Source: an uncultured virus (IMG/VR IMGVR_UViG_3300002498_000029)
Taxonomy: Duplodnaviria; Heunggongvirae; Uroviricota; Caudoviricetes
Virus record (IMG/VR): IMGVR_UViG_3300002498_000029
Strand: one strand, 5' to 3'
Length of the DNA: 20,000 nucleotides
Shown: positions 1-11,926 of the stretch, piece by piece
Layout: each line of letters starts with the position of its first letter
Numbering within the stretch: position 1 is the first letter of the stretch
The notes under the pieces: model-generated
Database searches by the model: none
What the model was told of the DNA's origin: nothing
Seen by the model: only the letters and a program-made list of their open reading frames with translations
Program-made: the position numbers and the translations under genes

Positions 1-1
1 T

Positions 2-1711
2 CTTGGATTAAAAATTCCTAGTACAATATTATATTAGGTATTAAATAATAGTAAATTTTATTATTATGATTCAAAAACAAAAGAGCTATCACTCGGTTGA
101 ACATCTGGATCATTAACAAATATATCATCATCAATATATAGTCAATCAATTATATCATTATATGATTATAGTGAATATAGTACTAATATAATGACAGCTA
201 TGTACTCTAATCCATTTGAGTCAGCTAGTTATATATTTTATAATGGTACACAAATAACAACTGGAACATCTACTACTAATTATATATATCCATATCACTA
301 TCAATATGTACCAGATAATAATATTCCAGTTGGACAATATATATTAGTATATCAATGGCAAGATACTAGTAGTAATTTTTATCCAATAACTTATCAAACA
401 ACAAAAGCTCAAGGGTTAGGATTAATACAAACATATTAGCAAGGTGATTTACATGTTAATGTTGAAAAAATAATATATTCAGCATCATATATGGATTAGT
501 AGACTGTTGGTATAATGTCCCCATTTAATAAACAAGTGATTTGTAGGGATAATAGTATATAGTTATCTTGAGAAAATGCATCATTAAACAGTTTTGATTT
601 AACTTATATATGAATAATACCAAGTGCATCATATAGTAATTTTAGATAGTATAACCCATATACTACATAGAGTATTGTAATATTATATTCTGGATCAGAT
701 GAATCTTATACTGCTAGTATAACTGGATATGATGATGGAGATTATTTATTAGTGTTTCAATCTAAAGATATATATAATAGTTATTCATATATATAGAATA
801 ATCAATATTATAACTAGTCATACACAAGAAATTCAAATTATTATTATGATATATTTAAACTAAAATATAGTGAAAGTGTGTTGTATAAATATGATACTCT
901 GATTCAAACTCCATATTATTACAGCTATACTGACACATCAAAAGCATTTACACCAGTAACCTCAACTAATCAAAATATACCATACCAATTAGCAACATCA
1001 TTTGGAAACAATAACCTATGGTTTTAGTATAATAAATATCCATTAGTAACTAATACCTATGTTACATATAGTGTAGCAGGGTAGTAGTATTATTTAGCAT
1101 ATAATAATCATTTCAGTGCTTTAACGTATATTAAAAAAAATAATAGAACATTAAGAGTTACTGCTAGTGTTGTAAATAATTGAAATTCATAGTCATATGG
1201 TAATATTGTATCAACTTGATTGCCAACAGACCCTACTACATATAAGTTCAATATTACAAATTGACCATTACCACAATAGACAGATACATGATTAGGGGCT
1301 ATTTATACTAGTCCATATTCATCATTAACACCATCTCAAACATATACATATAGTATATCTGGAAGTGATTACTAGTATGACATTACAATAGTATCAACTC
1401 ATAAATGATTTAGACCAAGATTTTACGCATATAAGATATATGATAGTTGAAGATATGCAATGCATCATGGAATGACACCGTTTGGTGTGTATCGTTATCC
1501 ATTTTACTTATATTATACTACTGATGGTTCTGACCCAAGGATAAGTTAGACTGTATATAGTTGTTCATATGATAATTCTGCAATATCTATTCCAACAGAA
1601 AGTGGTGACTATACTTATAAATTATATTTACCATAGCAAACTAGCTCAATTGCAGTGTCTGATATATTAACTAGTTCTTGATTATATACTATAAATTTTA
1701 TAAGGTAGTAA
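2..1711 (+). CDS. 5'-truncated Ser/Thr/Tyr-rich virion structural protein with a C-terminal chitobiase-C/FN3-associated (YYTTDGSDP) module
   Basis: Frame 2 has no TAA from position 2 to 1709-1711 but many in-frame TAG/TGA. It contains the supplied ORF 191..439. Motif LYYTTDGSDP lies near 1510-1540. Confidence 0.75.
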
Positions 1712-1716
1712 TATAA

Positions 1717-3267
1717 ATGGACAATATTATATATATAACTTCATCACAATATATTTATATTGATTCTGGATATAATTAGAATACTGTTGTTTATTATAAC
1801 ATAAATTCTTAGTTTGATCCAGATAATCAATCACAACAATATTCTAGTGGAATACTTATAAATTAGAATATTTTATTGAAAACTATAAACTTCAACAAAC
1901 TTACAGAATAGTATTCAGAAGTTTCATAGTTTCAATTTATACGATTATTACAAAATCCGTATTTATATTATACTGGTTCAAAATGATTTATAAATAAAAA
2001 TTAGGATAATGATGTAATAACAATATATACTGTTGATGGTAGTTATCCAAGTTTGATTAATGGAATAATATATGATGATTCAAAATATTTAACAACTATG
2101 ACATCATAGTAGTTATAGTTACTACAAATTAAAAATATTAGATATAATTCCATTGATAGTGAATTAATTTCGACTCATAGTGTTCCAGTGGCAACATCTA
2201 ATAAAGAATCTGGAATATATTTAACACCAGTAGAGATTGAATTATATTGTCCACTATCTGGTTCATCAGTTTATTATACAACAAATAGTTCTGATCCATT
2301 AATTTATGGTACAGATTATAGTGTAGAACCAAGAGTTCCTGTTCCAAAATATATTTATACTATTATAAAAACTATTGCAACTAAATAGGGGTGGAATAAC
2401 AGTTAGACTTCATCTTATTGATATTTTTATACTAATAAGTTAAATAATGTATAGTTTAATTATACTACTAGTATATATAATAATGATATATTATTACAAC
2501 TAAGTTAGCCAAACACCTCATCCATATATTATACTACTGATAATACTACTCCAACCACATAGAGTTTATTATATTCATAGCCAATATTATTAAATACAGA
2601 TATAACAGTAAAGGTTATGGCGTATAAGTATTTATGGTTAGATTCTAATATAACTTCATAGTCATATTCATTTAAATGCGAACAAGTATCTGCTAGTTAT
2701 TAGTCTGGTGAATATGAATAGCCAATAACTGTATAGTTATCTTCAATTACTTCTAATAGCATAATATTATATACACTAGACGGAACTTTTCCAGTTGATT
2801 CGGGAATTGAGTATTCAGTACCAATTTATATAACTAATAGTGTATAGTTAAATGTAGTTGCTTTAAGATTTGGATACTGGGCATCAACAGTGTCACAATA
2901 TGATTATACTATATCGTGGTCATATAATTATTATTCTAATGATTTTATTAATAATGAATAGTTATATACTTCACATTCAATATTGATAACAGGATCAACA
3001 GATTCATAGAGATATTGATTATATTATAGTAACCAATGAAATAAATTTTAGACCTCAAGTATATAGTATTATACAACAACTGGACAATTTAAAATAGTGT
3101 TATTAGATGATAAATATTTAAACTTATCATTTATTTCAACATCTAATTCGTATAAATTATCTTAGCCGATATATATTAATATAGATAATTTATCAGAATC
3201 AATCTAGACAACATCATCAGTATACAAATTAATAACATATACTGGTAATGTTTACACAACAGGATAA
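1717..3267 (+). CDS. Structural/adhesin-like protein with tandem chitobiase-C (CHB_HEX_C_1/Fn3-associated) repeats
   Basis: ATG 1717 to TAA 3267. Repeats: IYTVDGSYP, VYYTTNSSDP, IYYTTDNTTPTT*SLLYS*PI, IYYTLDGTFP..GIEYSVPI. Contains the supplied ORF 2188..2388. Confidence 0.8.
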
Positions 3268-3286
3268 AAATAGGAGACAAATATAA

Positions 3287-3967
3287 ATGGCAAAACCAAA
3301 TTTAACAGAAACAAGAGCCGAAATAACTACAGGTGGTATTATATCAGCATCACATATATCTAATTTATATGATGCATTAATTAGTGGGTCTAGTGATGAT
3401 AAATTTTTTAATGGAGTAACAATAGCATCAGATAAATTTGCAATGGCTAGATGCTCAGTTAATACATCCGGAATGGCTATTGGAGTTGTATCGTCAGCAG
3501 TTGGATAGAATTCATTTGCAATGGGCTATAACAGCGTAACTAATAATCCTGGTGAATTTGCTATTGGAGTGATCTCCCAAAAAAACCCCGAAGATATTTC
3601 TCAATTTACTGTTAACATTGGTTCATTGGGATTAGCCGTGGATGAAAAAGCCTATTACATGTTTGGACATGACTCAGTTGGATTACACGTTAACAGTCTA
3701 ACAATTGCATATATTAAAGCGAACGGCATTATGTATAATAGTTCCACACTTGATGACACCGCCACAAGCACATCATATTTTAATTATGATAGTATACTGG
3801 CCAATAATACTTTATATTCTGAAAGTGTATCATATTCGAGTGATGTCACCAAGCTTACCTTCACAATGAACCTAGACCAAGATAACCTTTATCTAAAATT
3901 AACTGGTCAATTTAGCACATATTATTTTTCAACAGTAAAAGTATAGATAATACAGTGTGATTATTAA
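3287..3967 (+). CDS. Putative tail fibre/receptor-binding protein with YadA-head-like (Hep_Hag) repeats
   Basis: AGGAG at 3272-3276 precedes the ATG. Supplied ORFs 3287..3508 and 3521..3946 join in one frame across a TAG. Repeats: SGMAIGVVSSAVG*NSFAMGYNSVT..GEFAIG. Ends at TAA 3965-3967. Confidence 0.65.
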
Positions 3968-4072
3968 AATCTTATGGACAATAATTAACGATATGCCAAC
4001 AATAACATACCTTCCAAACTTATATATTAATTATAAAATAAATGGCGGTAATATACTGTATAATAAATTAAT

Positions 4073-4852
4073 ATGATAAAATTAAAACAATATATATTAT
4101 AGTCAACACAAGGTCCAGCGGAAATAAATAAAGAATAGTTTATTAAATTATTCAAATAGAATTGTAAAAATATACACAATAAGTGGGATTATGTATATAG
4201 AGGTAGTAATAATACAAATTAGTTTATATACTGAAAACCCAGGCCTACAAAAAGAAAGTCATCGTGTATATCATAGACTTGTGTAGATAAATTTTATAAT
4301 TGATATTTATCTAATAGTAAAGATTGAGCTAATTATCCAAAAAGAGACAGTAGTATAATTTGTTCAACAGATGAATAGGTAGCAAAAAATTTTGGTTAGC
4401 AGGTATATATAGTTATACCATTTGATAATACTAAATGGGGAGTATGCATATAGACTGATTTATGAGATAGTTTTGAAGAAATAAATGAAATATATAATCA
4501 AGATGATGGTATTTTAAATTTTTCAAATTAGTTAAGATATATTATTGGTGATGTATATTATCCATAGCGAGTTTAGTAGGCATTTAATAATATTAGTAAT
4601 TGGTCATAGTTTTAGTTGTCAAAATTATATTAGTCGAAAATATATAAAGAATATTTATAGAATAAACATAAATATAAAACAATATGATAGTTTATTACTG
4701 TATTAATGTTACCATAGTTAAATAATTTTAAGTTAAGTTAGTAGCCTTGAAAATATAGTGTTAGAGAGGTTTGATCTTAGGGGCCATGTTTAATGATTAA
4801 GCATTCAATACAAAATGAAAAATTCGTATAGGAATTAATAAATAATGATTAA
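4073..4852 (+). CDS. Paralog family member 1 (MIKL leader; YRG/ICST/REVW motifs), possible ADP-ribosyltransferase-like protein
   Basis: MIKLKQYIL*...YVYRG...NFYNWYLSNSKDWANYPKRDSSIICSTD...VIPFDNTKWGVC...REVWS*GPCL. Clearly homologous to the genes at 5797, 6594 and 8082. The function is inferred. Confidence 0.8.
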
Positions 4853-5249
4853 ATTAAAGAATATAGTAATGGAAAAATTTGATTTATAGAGAATGAATAA
4901 CTACACCATTGTAAATACTTGTATTAATAATATTATATAGTATATTAAATTACATTTTAAGTTAAATAGAATATTTTATATTAAATATAATAATATTAAA
5001 ATAAATTAGAAAGATAAAATAGGGTGTAAATTATAGTTAACAATTACTCAATTGATACCACAAGATAAAATTGATAAAAATAAGCTAGTGTTATTAAATA
5101 AGTTAAATAATATTGAAATAGTATTTATTACTCCAACTGAAATACAATATAAATATAGTAATGTTAATAAAATTGATACTGATATTAAACAAATAAAATA
5201 CTAGATAATACAATATATAAGATAGATTTTAGATAAAATAAATGATTAA
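4845..5249 (+). CDS. Hypothetical protein with MIKL leader
   Basis: Starts MIKLKNIVMEK. ATGATTAA overlaps with both neighbours. Open to TAA 5247-5249. Confidence 0.75.
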
Positions 5250-5793
5250 ACTAAGATAGATAATACAATAGAAATTAGACTACATATAGTTTAATAGTCA
5301 AAAAATAATGTATGATAATACAAGTAAAGCTGTTGCATTTATAATTAATAGTGACAACGAAGTATATTATGAATGAGGTGGTTTACATTATAATCTTCAA
5401 GATAAATTAGCTACTGATAATAAATATGTTAAGTGAGATAATTTAGTTTATGGTAGAATATTCTTTGTAATTTATAATCCAGTTATAGTATTTTCAATAA
5501 ATACTTATAGAAATTTTACAAAAAAAATAATAAATTATTGTAAGATATTAAAATAGTAGTTTCCAAAAAGCAGACCATTATCAGATTGGTATATTGCAAT
5601 TGAATAGCAATGTATTGATTATAGAGCTAGATTAAAATTAATAAAGGCATAGTATTCAACTAAATTTACACAATTTTTAAAAAACAATAAATATTATTGA
5701 AGCCATATATAGTTATAGTTTTATGTTCCATTATTGACATTTGAATAGGATATACATAAAATATAGTAGTAGATTATAAAATTGGGAAAATAA
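5242..5793 (+). CDS. Hypothetical protein with MIKL leader
   Basis: Starts MIKLR*IIQ*KLD. Open to TAA 5791-5793 under the recoded table. Confidence 0.75.
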
Positions 5794-5796
5794 ATA

Positions 5797-6594
5797 ATGA
5801 TTAAATTAAAACAATTAATATTATAGACACAAAGTCATAAAATTGAATTAACGAAGTAGTAGTTTAGATAGTTATTTAAATAGAATTGTAAAAATATTAA
5901 ATATATAGATGATTGCGTATACCGTGGATGATGAACATCAGAACAATTTATTAAATTTCAATCATCATATGCTGAAAGAATTTCTAGATGAGTACATGGT
6001 GGAGAGATGGACTCTTATTATAATTGATATTTATCTACATCAGATGATTGAAAAGAATTTCCAAGAAGAAATAAGAGTTTAATATGCACAACTGATATTG
6101 CTAATGCTAGTAATCGAGGTAAAATATTTTATGTATTTCCATATGATAATATATAGTGGGGTATATGCCCAAAAAAAGATATTTGATTTTCATTTGATAC
6201 TTATTTATCTACTCTTACTAATACTAATTTTGTTGGTGCTGGAGTTTTATCAGATATAATGGAATAGTTATCTAAATTACAAAATTATCCCAAATTAACA
6301 CAGGATGATTTCAATTATACTACGTTTAAATAGAAATAGTTCTATTGAATTGATCAAATTTTAAATACATCAGTATTTAAAAATAATGAATAGTATACAC
6401 TTGAACAAAAAAATAAACTAATATACTATTTCTTTAAACAATTATTTAATCCACAAAGTAATTAGTTTTTAATAAGCACTAAACCATGAGATTATGAAAA
6501 TAGAGAAGTGTGATCATAGGGACCATGTTTACTGATACAATATGGTAAATAGACTATGGATTATTTAAAATAGTTAATAGAAGAAAATAAGTAA
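5797..6594 (+). CDS. Paralog family member 2, possible ADP-ribosyltransferase-like protein
   Basis: MIKLKQLIL*...CVYRG...YYNWYLSTSDDWKEFPRRNKSLICTTD...VFPYDNI*WGICP...YENREVWS*GPCL. TAATG overlap with the next gene. Confidence 0.8.
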
Positions 6595-7355
6595 TGATAA
6601 AATTAAAACAATTAATATTATAGTATAAATCAGCTACATCTGAAATATCTAAGTAGTAGTTTATATAGATGTTTGAAGATAATTGTTATAATATTAAACA
6701 TCTAAATAATTATGTATATAGGGGCATACCGTCTAATGCGCGGTATCTATATTTTAATTCTAAGAAAACCACTATATAGCGACCGTCTTCAATTTAGCAT
6801 TCACAAAATATTTTAAAGACGGAAAGCTTTTATAATTGGTATATGTCTAATTCTTAGGATTGAAAAAATTATCCTAAAAGAAATAAAAGTCTAATATGTA
6901 GTACTTCTACAAAATATAATAGATTATACGGAAATAGATATATAGTTATTCCATTTAATAATACAAAATGAGGCATATGTCCAGCGGATGATTTGTGAGA
7001 TAGTTTTCATAATAAAATACTCTTTACTGATTTATTACAATAGTTGTCTTCTCATGACTTATTAAAAGATATATATCCATATTTAGATTAGAATAGTATT
7101 AATTCAATTAATATTAATGATTTAGATCCAATTAAATATTCTGAATTATTTAAAATATTTGATAGATATTATGGTAAAACTAACTGATAGAAATTTAAAT
7201 GGTTTTGAAATCCTCAAAATACTGGTTTTTAGGTAAGTTAGACTCCATGAGAATATGATAATAGATAGGTTTGAACTTAGGGGTCTTGTATTTTATTTAA
7301 ACAGAATATATATAATATAAAACTTTTAGAATAGTTAATATAGGAAAATAATTAA
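6594..7355 (+). CDS. Paralog family member 3, possible ADP-ribosyltransferase-like protein
   Basis: MIKLKQLIL*...YVYRG...FYNWYMSNS*DWKNYPKRNKSLICSTST...VIPFNNTKWGICP...YDNR*VWT*GSC. Confidence 0.8.
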
Positions 7356-8089
7356 TGATTAAATTAAAATAGATAATAATCAAATAGGGTATAAATGATC
7401 CTAATATATTTAAAGCAATATTTATCTTAGGTAGTCCAGCTAGTGGCAAATCAACATTAGCTAAAAAAATATTAGGGAGATAGAAATTAAAACAACATGA
7501 TGTCCATAATATGTATTTATCGTTTAGCCCTACTGGATTAAAGTATTTAAATATAGATGATGTATTCTAGAGATTATTATTAACTACTAAATCTAAAACA
7601 AATTTTAACTAGCTTACAGAGGAATAGTATAAATAGTTAATATCTGCACCAGATTCTAAATATAATAGAGCTAGTAGATTAACTAATATAAGAAGAAATA
7701 ATTATGTATAGGCTAGACTTGGATTAATTATTGATAAGACTGGAGCTAATGCAGATAAAATAGCAGATCAAGTATAGTAGTTATAGTATTTAGGATATTA
7801 GTGTTTTTGTATTTATATTAGTTCAGATTTATAGGAAGCAATTACTAGAAATATGAATAGGTTATAGAGAAGATTAAAAGAATAGGATATTGTTAATTGT
7901 TGAACTAGAGTTAATTAGAATAAAGAATAGTTGCAATAGATATTTGGATATAATAATTTTTATAATTTTATTAATAATAAATATTATTAGTAGCAAATAT
8001 CTTTATTGAATAAAAAAATATCTGCATTTTTAAATAAACCAATAACTAATAATATTGCATTAAATTGGATATAGAGTCAATATGATTAA
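7355..8089 (+). CDS. P-loop kinase, zeta-toxin/AAA_33-like phage family, with MIKL leader
   Basis: *GINDPNIFKAIFILGSPASGKST (Walker A), NIDDVF*, RLGLIIDKTG (Walker B-like) and AITRNMNR. Resembles the EGxxDPxIFKAxFLAGGPGSGKS family of large phages as I recall it. Confidence 0.85.
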
Positions 8090-8861
8090 ATTAAGATAGC
8101 TAATATTATAGGCTTCAATACCATATAATAAAATATCAAGTAAAAAATTTTAGTAGTTATTTAATACTAATTGTAAAAACATAACAAGTTTAGATCAAGT
8201 AGCATATAGAGGTATGCGTAATATTGGTAAAACAGGGTTATTTATACCGACTAATTCAATTAGAAAATCTTATAAACATAAAAATTATAAGACGGATTCT
8301 TTTTATAATTGGTATTTATCTAATAGCCCTAGTTGAAAATAGTATCCTAAGCGAAATAAAAGTATTTTTTGCATGACTAATTATAATGATGTAACCGGTT
8401 ATTATGATCCGACTGAGCAAAAAATATATATTGTGATACCATACGATAATGTATAGTTTGGAGTTTGTTCAGAATTTGATTTAGCCCTCTCTTTTAAAGA
8501 CTTTAACGTCGTTGGATTAAGTAGGTGGTTATTAAAGTTATTATAGGATTTATAGTTGTTGTTTATATTAGAATCAACAGATACTATACAAGGAATATAG
8601 ACTATGTCAAATACAATAAAAAATGATTAGACTATTGATAAATCTTATTATTCATATGTCTTTTAGCGAGTTAAAAAATATAATACATTTAAAAATTTTA
8701 TATTAACAACATTTAGTCCAAGATATAATTAGTTTAAACTAACAACTGATTTGAGTTCATTTAATAATAATTAGATTTGATCTTAGGGGCCATGTTTACT
8801 ATTACAACATACTGATTAGAATATAGAATATTTACAACAGCTGATAACTAAAAATACTTAA
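8082..8861 (+). CDS. Paralog family member 4, possible ADP-ribosyltransferase-like protein (more diverged)
   Basis: MIKLR*LIL*...VAYRG...FYNWYLSNSPSWK*YPKRNKSIFCMTN...VIPYDNV*FGVC...NNN*IWS*GPCL. Ends at TAA 8859-8861. Confidence 0.8.
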
Positions 8862-8887
8862 ATAATATTTAAAAAAATAAAAGAATG

Positions 8888-8904
8888 ATATATTTATATA
8901 TATA
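8888..8904 (+). promoter_or_regulatory. Putative phage promoter motif ATATATTTATATATATA (copy 1)
   Basis: Lies in a short intergenic gap just before ATG 8907. An identical 17-mer occurs at 11888-11904, also intergenic. Confidence 0.45.
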
Positions 8905-8906
8905 AT

Positions 8907-9308
8907 ATGAAAAAAGCTATTAAGTTTAAGATATATAAGAAACTAAGAGAAATAAAGAATAGAAAATTAAATATTTTATCAGTATAGATGAAATAGAGAA
9001 TGACTATACCATATAACAATTGAAGAAAACATGTATTTGAAAGAGATAATTATCAATGCCAAATATGCGGCAGATCTCATATAAGATTATAGGCTCATCA
9101 TATTAAATCATTTAAGTTATTTCCAAATATAAGACTCGATATAAATAATGGTATAACATTATGTTCAGCTTGTCATTATATGTTTCATAAAAAATATAGT
9201 AAAGTAATATTTCCAAATATAACTACTATATGATAGGATAAATTAATAGTTAAAAAATTTAAGGATAAAGTAAATAATGAAAAAAAATTAGTTGAAATAG
9301 TTAATTAA
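8907..9308 (+). CDS. HNH endonuclease
   Basis: YNNWRKHVFERDNYQCQICG...L*AHHIKSF...DINNGITLCSACHYMFH shows the CxxC, HH, N and CxxCH pattern. The conserved W is encoded by TGA. Confidence 0.9.
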
Positions 9309-9726
9309 AGAATAGATCAAAAAAATATTATTATAGTAGCCAATCAAATCTGATAAATCTGCATATAATACTAGAGTAATGTTTAGTGCAGGCGGTGGTA
9401 AAGAATTTGGTAAATGAATGATGGAATAGCTAAATAGAAGTTTTTTTGAAAAAAATATAGCTAATACCAAAGTATTACAATAGTATATAAATTAGCATAG
9501 AGATTAGATACAAAATGTAACTGATTCAACTATTAAATATTTTTTAAATTAGATTTAGCAAATAATCAATAGAGCCTAGATTAAGAAATCTAGATGTAGA
9601 CCAGATTAGCAACATATTTGTAATAAATATGAAAAAGAAAAAAATTAGTCGTTACAAAGTTATTTTTATAATTTTTATTTAGCAAGTATTGGTAAAGGTT
9701 CAATAGACTCATATAAGAAGTACTAA
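9277..9726 (+). CDS. Hypothetical protein with MKKxELK leader
   Basis: Starts MKKN*LK*LIKE*IKKILL**. Open to TAA 9724-9726. Confidence 0.75.
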
Positions 9727-9731
9727 TAAAT

Positions 9732-10466
9732 ATGAAAAAAACATAGTTAAAACAAATAATTAAAGAATAGATTAAATATATATTACTATAGAATAAGAGA
9801 TATGATCATATAAGTAGAAATAACTATAGATTAAAAATGTTAAAATTACCATAGAATAGTAAATTTAAATCTACAAAATAGGATGTTTTAGCTATTTTAA
9901 GTTCATAGTAGAATATTAAGCAATCTAAATATGAATTAGACGATATAGTTATGCTAATATTATTATATTAGATAATTGACTATCCTAAAGATTTATATTA
10001 GAAATAGTGGTTTAAATCATATTCTCCAGAATTTCAAAGACAATTATTTTTATATATGTAGAATATGTTTATATATTATTTTAAAAAGGTATAGAAAACT
10101 ACGAGTAGAGGATTAAATACTACTAGTATGACAGATATGACATAGATTATTAAATTAGTTTTATCTAATATATAGGTATAGCTTCCAATAACATATTAGC
10201 AAATATTTGAGGCAGTAGAAGATTATGATTGAAATCTTAGAGATTTATAGATAAGACATAACGGTACTTTGTAGAATTGAAAAATAAATCTACAGTTTTA
10301 TATTTCTGGTCATGCTATAAATAACTAGAGGTCAAAACTACATAAAGATGATAGAATTATTCATTGAAATAATAAATTAATATATATATATTTATTATAG
10401 CCTGGCGTCAAAAACCAAAAACAATTTATAGTTTTTACATAGAAAAACTAGAATCCATTTGGATAA
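9732..10466 (+). CDS. Hypothetical protein with MKKxELK leader
   Basis: Starts MKKT*LKQIIKE*IKYILL*. Open to TAA 10464-10466, with a TAATG overlap into the next gene. Confidence 0.75.
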
Positions 10467-10750
10467 TGATATTTATAAATAAACTATTACGTGATAATAC
10501 TGGTGTATCAAGTAAAAGATTCGTTACATTAGTAACATTTATACTTATATGTATAATAGCTGTAGTAGACTTATTTACACCGTTAACAATTAGTTAGTTT
10601 ATATTTAATGGTTTAATGTATTTATGTTCAATTGGGTTAGGAACAATATTAGCATAGGATGTTTTAACTAAAAACAAATATAATAAAAATAATAAATAGT
10701 AGGAGATACCATAGTTAAATGAAGAAACAATAGCTTAGACAACTAATTAA
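10466..10750 (+). CDS. Small two-transmembrane protein, holin-like
   Basis: SSKRFVTLVTFILICIIAVVDLF and FIFNGLMYLCSIGLGTILA are two hydrophobic helices, followed by a charged tail. Confidence 0.6.
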
Positions 10751-10958
10751 ATAGATTTACTAGTAGGTAATTAAATAGTATGATAAATAGACCCCTTAGG
10801 ATGATAAATATATTTATAATATAATTACAAAAGTTATTACTGATGGTAGAAATTCAAATTATCCATTAGCAATGTGTCTTAGAACCGATTTTGGAAATAC
10901 ACATTGATTTGACATAAGTCTAGATAAATTATACTAGATTGCAAAATTATTTAAATAA
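10719..10958 (+). CDS. Small hypothetical protein with MKKxELR leader
   Basis: AGGAG at 10701-10705. Starts MKKQ*LRQLIK*IY**VIK*. Ends at TAA 10956-10958. Confidence 0.7.
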
Positions 10959-10979
10959 TTATAAAGGAAATAAGAAAAA

Positions 10980-11447
10980 ATGAAAAAATCAGAACTAAAA
11001 AAATTAATACAATAGGCCTATCAAGAAGTGATATTATAGGCGTAGGACAATGAAGAGGATATAGACTTAAGTATATTAGATTAGATGTTTGACGATCCAA
11101 ATATTAGATATACTAATGCAGATTGCTCACTAATATGCATAGCAAAACATCCAAAATTCGGTGATATGCCAGTATACAATTAGACTATTAAAGCTGATAG
11201 AGATATTCAAAAGGCTGGAATATAGAAGTTTGTTACTACAGCTGGTAGTGGATTTAAATTTAAAGCTAAAAAGTTTAATAGCGCATAGTAGTTAATTAGT
11301 AATGCAAAGTAGCTGTGTAAAAATATTAGAATAAAAAAAGATGGTATTAGTATGAAGGATCTTGCTACTAAATTAAATAAATGGTATGATAAGATGATAT
11401 TTGATGCTGCTAAACAATCTGGGATAGATTTAAGAAGAAGTAAATAA
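10980..11447 (+). CDS. Hypothetical protein with MKKSELK leader
   Basis: AAGGA upstream. Starts MKKSELKKLIQ*AYQEVIL*A*DNEE. Ends at TAA 11445-11447. Confidence 0.75.
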
Positions 11448-11449
11448 CT

Positions 11450-11800
11450 ATGAAAAAATCAGACTTAAGACAATTAATAAGATAGATGACAGAACAATAG
11501 TTTAGTAAAATAAATAAAACGAGTACTAGTATTGTTAAGTAGTAGCCAACTATGCGTGGTTTTGCCGGAGATGATGATGGATTTATTGACGATGATACAT
11601 TATATAATTAGGTAATACCGAATGCAATTAAATATGCTATACATGACGCTATTCAATATAATGATAAAATATGAGATAGATTAGTAATTAGTATAAAAAC
11701 AGATCTATAGGAATACGGAATTACTGATTATAAAGATGTAATATCATAGGAAAAATTATTAACTAAATTGTAGTAGTACGGATAGAATCTTATTTATTAA
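11450..11800 (+). CDS. Hypothetical acidic protein with MKKSDLR leader
   Basis: Starts MKKSDLRQLIR*. Ends at TAA 11798-11800 and is followed by a terminator hairpin. Confidence 0.75.
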
Positions 11801-11825
11801 AAATAGCAATCAAAATATATAACTT

Positions 11826-11869
11826 AAGAGTAATTAATATCTAAAAATATTGATTACTCTTTTTATTTT
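11826..11869 (+). terminator. Rho-independent terminator
   Basis: 15-bp stem AAGAGTAATTAATAT / ATATTGATTACTCTT (one G-U pair) with a 6-nt loop, followed by a T-rich run, just after a TAA stop. Confidence 0.75.
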
Positions 11870-11887
11870 AAATATTTTTTTACTTCA

Positions 11888-11904
11888 ATATATTTATATA
11901 TATA
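11888..11904 (+). promoter_or_regulatory. Putative phage promoter motif ATATATTTATATATATA (copy 2)
   Basis: Lies between the terminator and the AAAGGAAG + ATG 11927 start. Identical to 8888-8904. Confidence 0.5.
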
Positions 11905-11926
11905 GTATAGAGAAAGGAAGTATAAC

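Noticed and set aside
3993..4079. 28-codon frame MPTITYLPNLYINYK
   Set aside because: Too short, with no motif or clear RBS. It may simply be intergenic sequence.
9288..9470. Supplied minus-strand 60-aa ORF
   Set aside because: It is antisense to the leader-bearing gene 9277-9726 and has no motif support.
10386..10820. Further ATATTTAT motifs near 10390, 10470 and 10810 as promoters
   Set aside because: They fall within coding frames and are expected by chance at this AT content.
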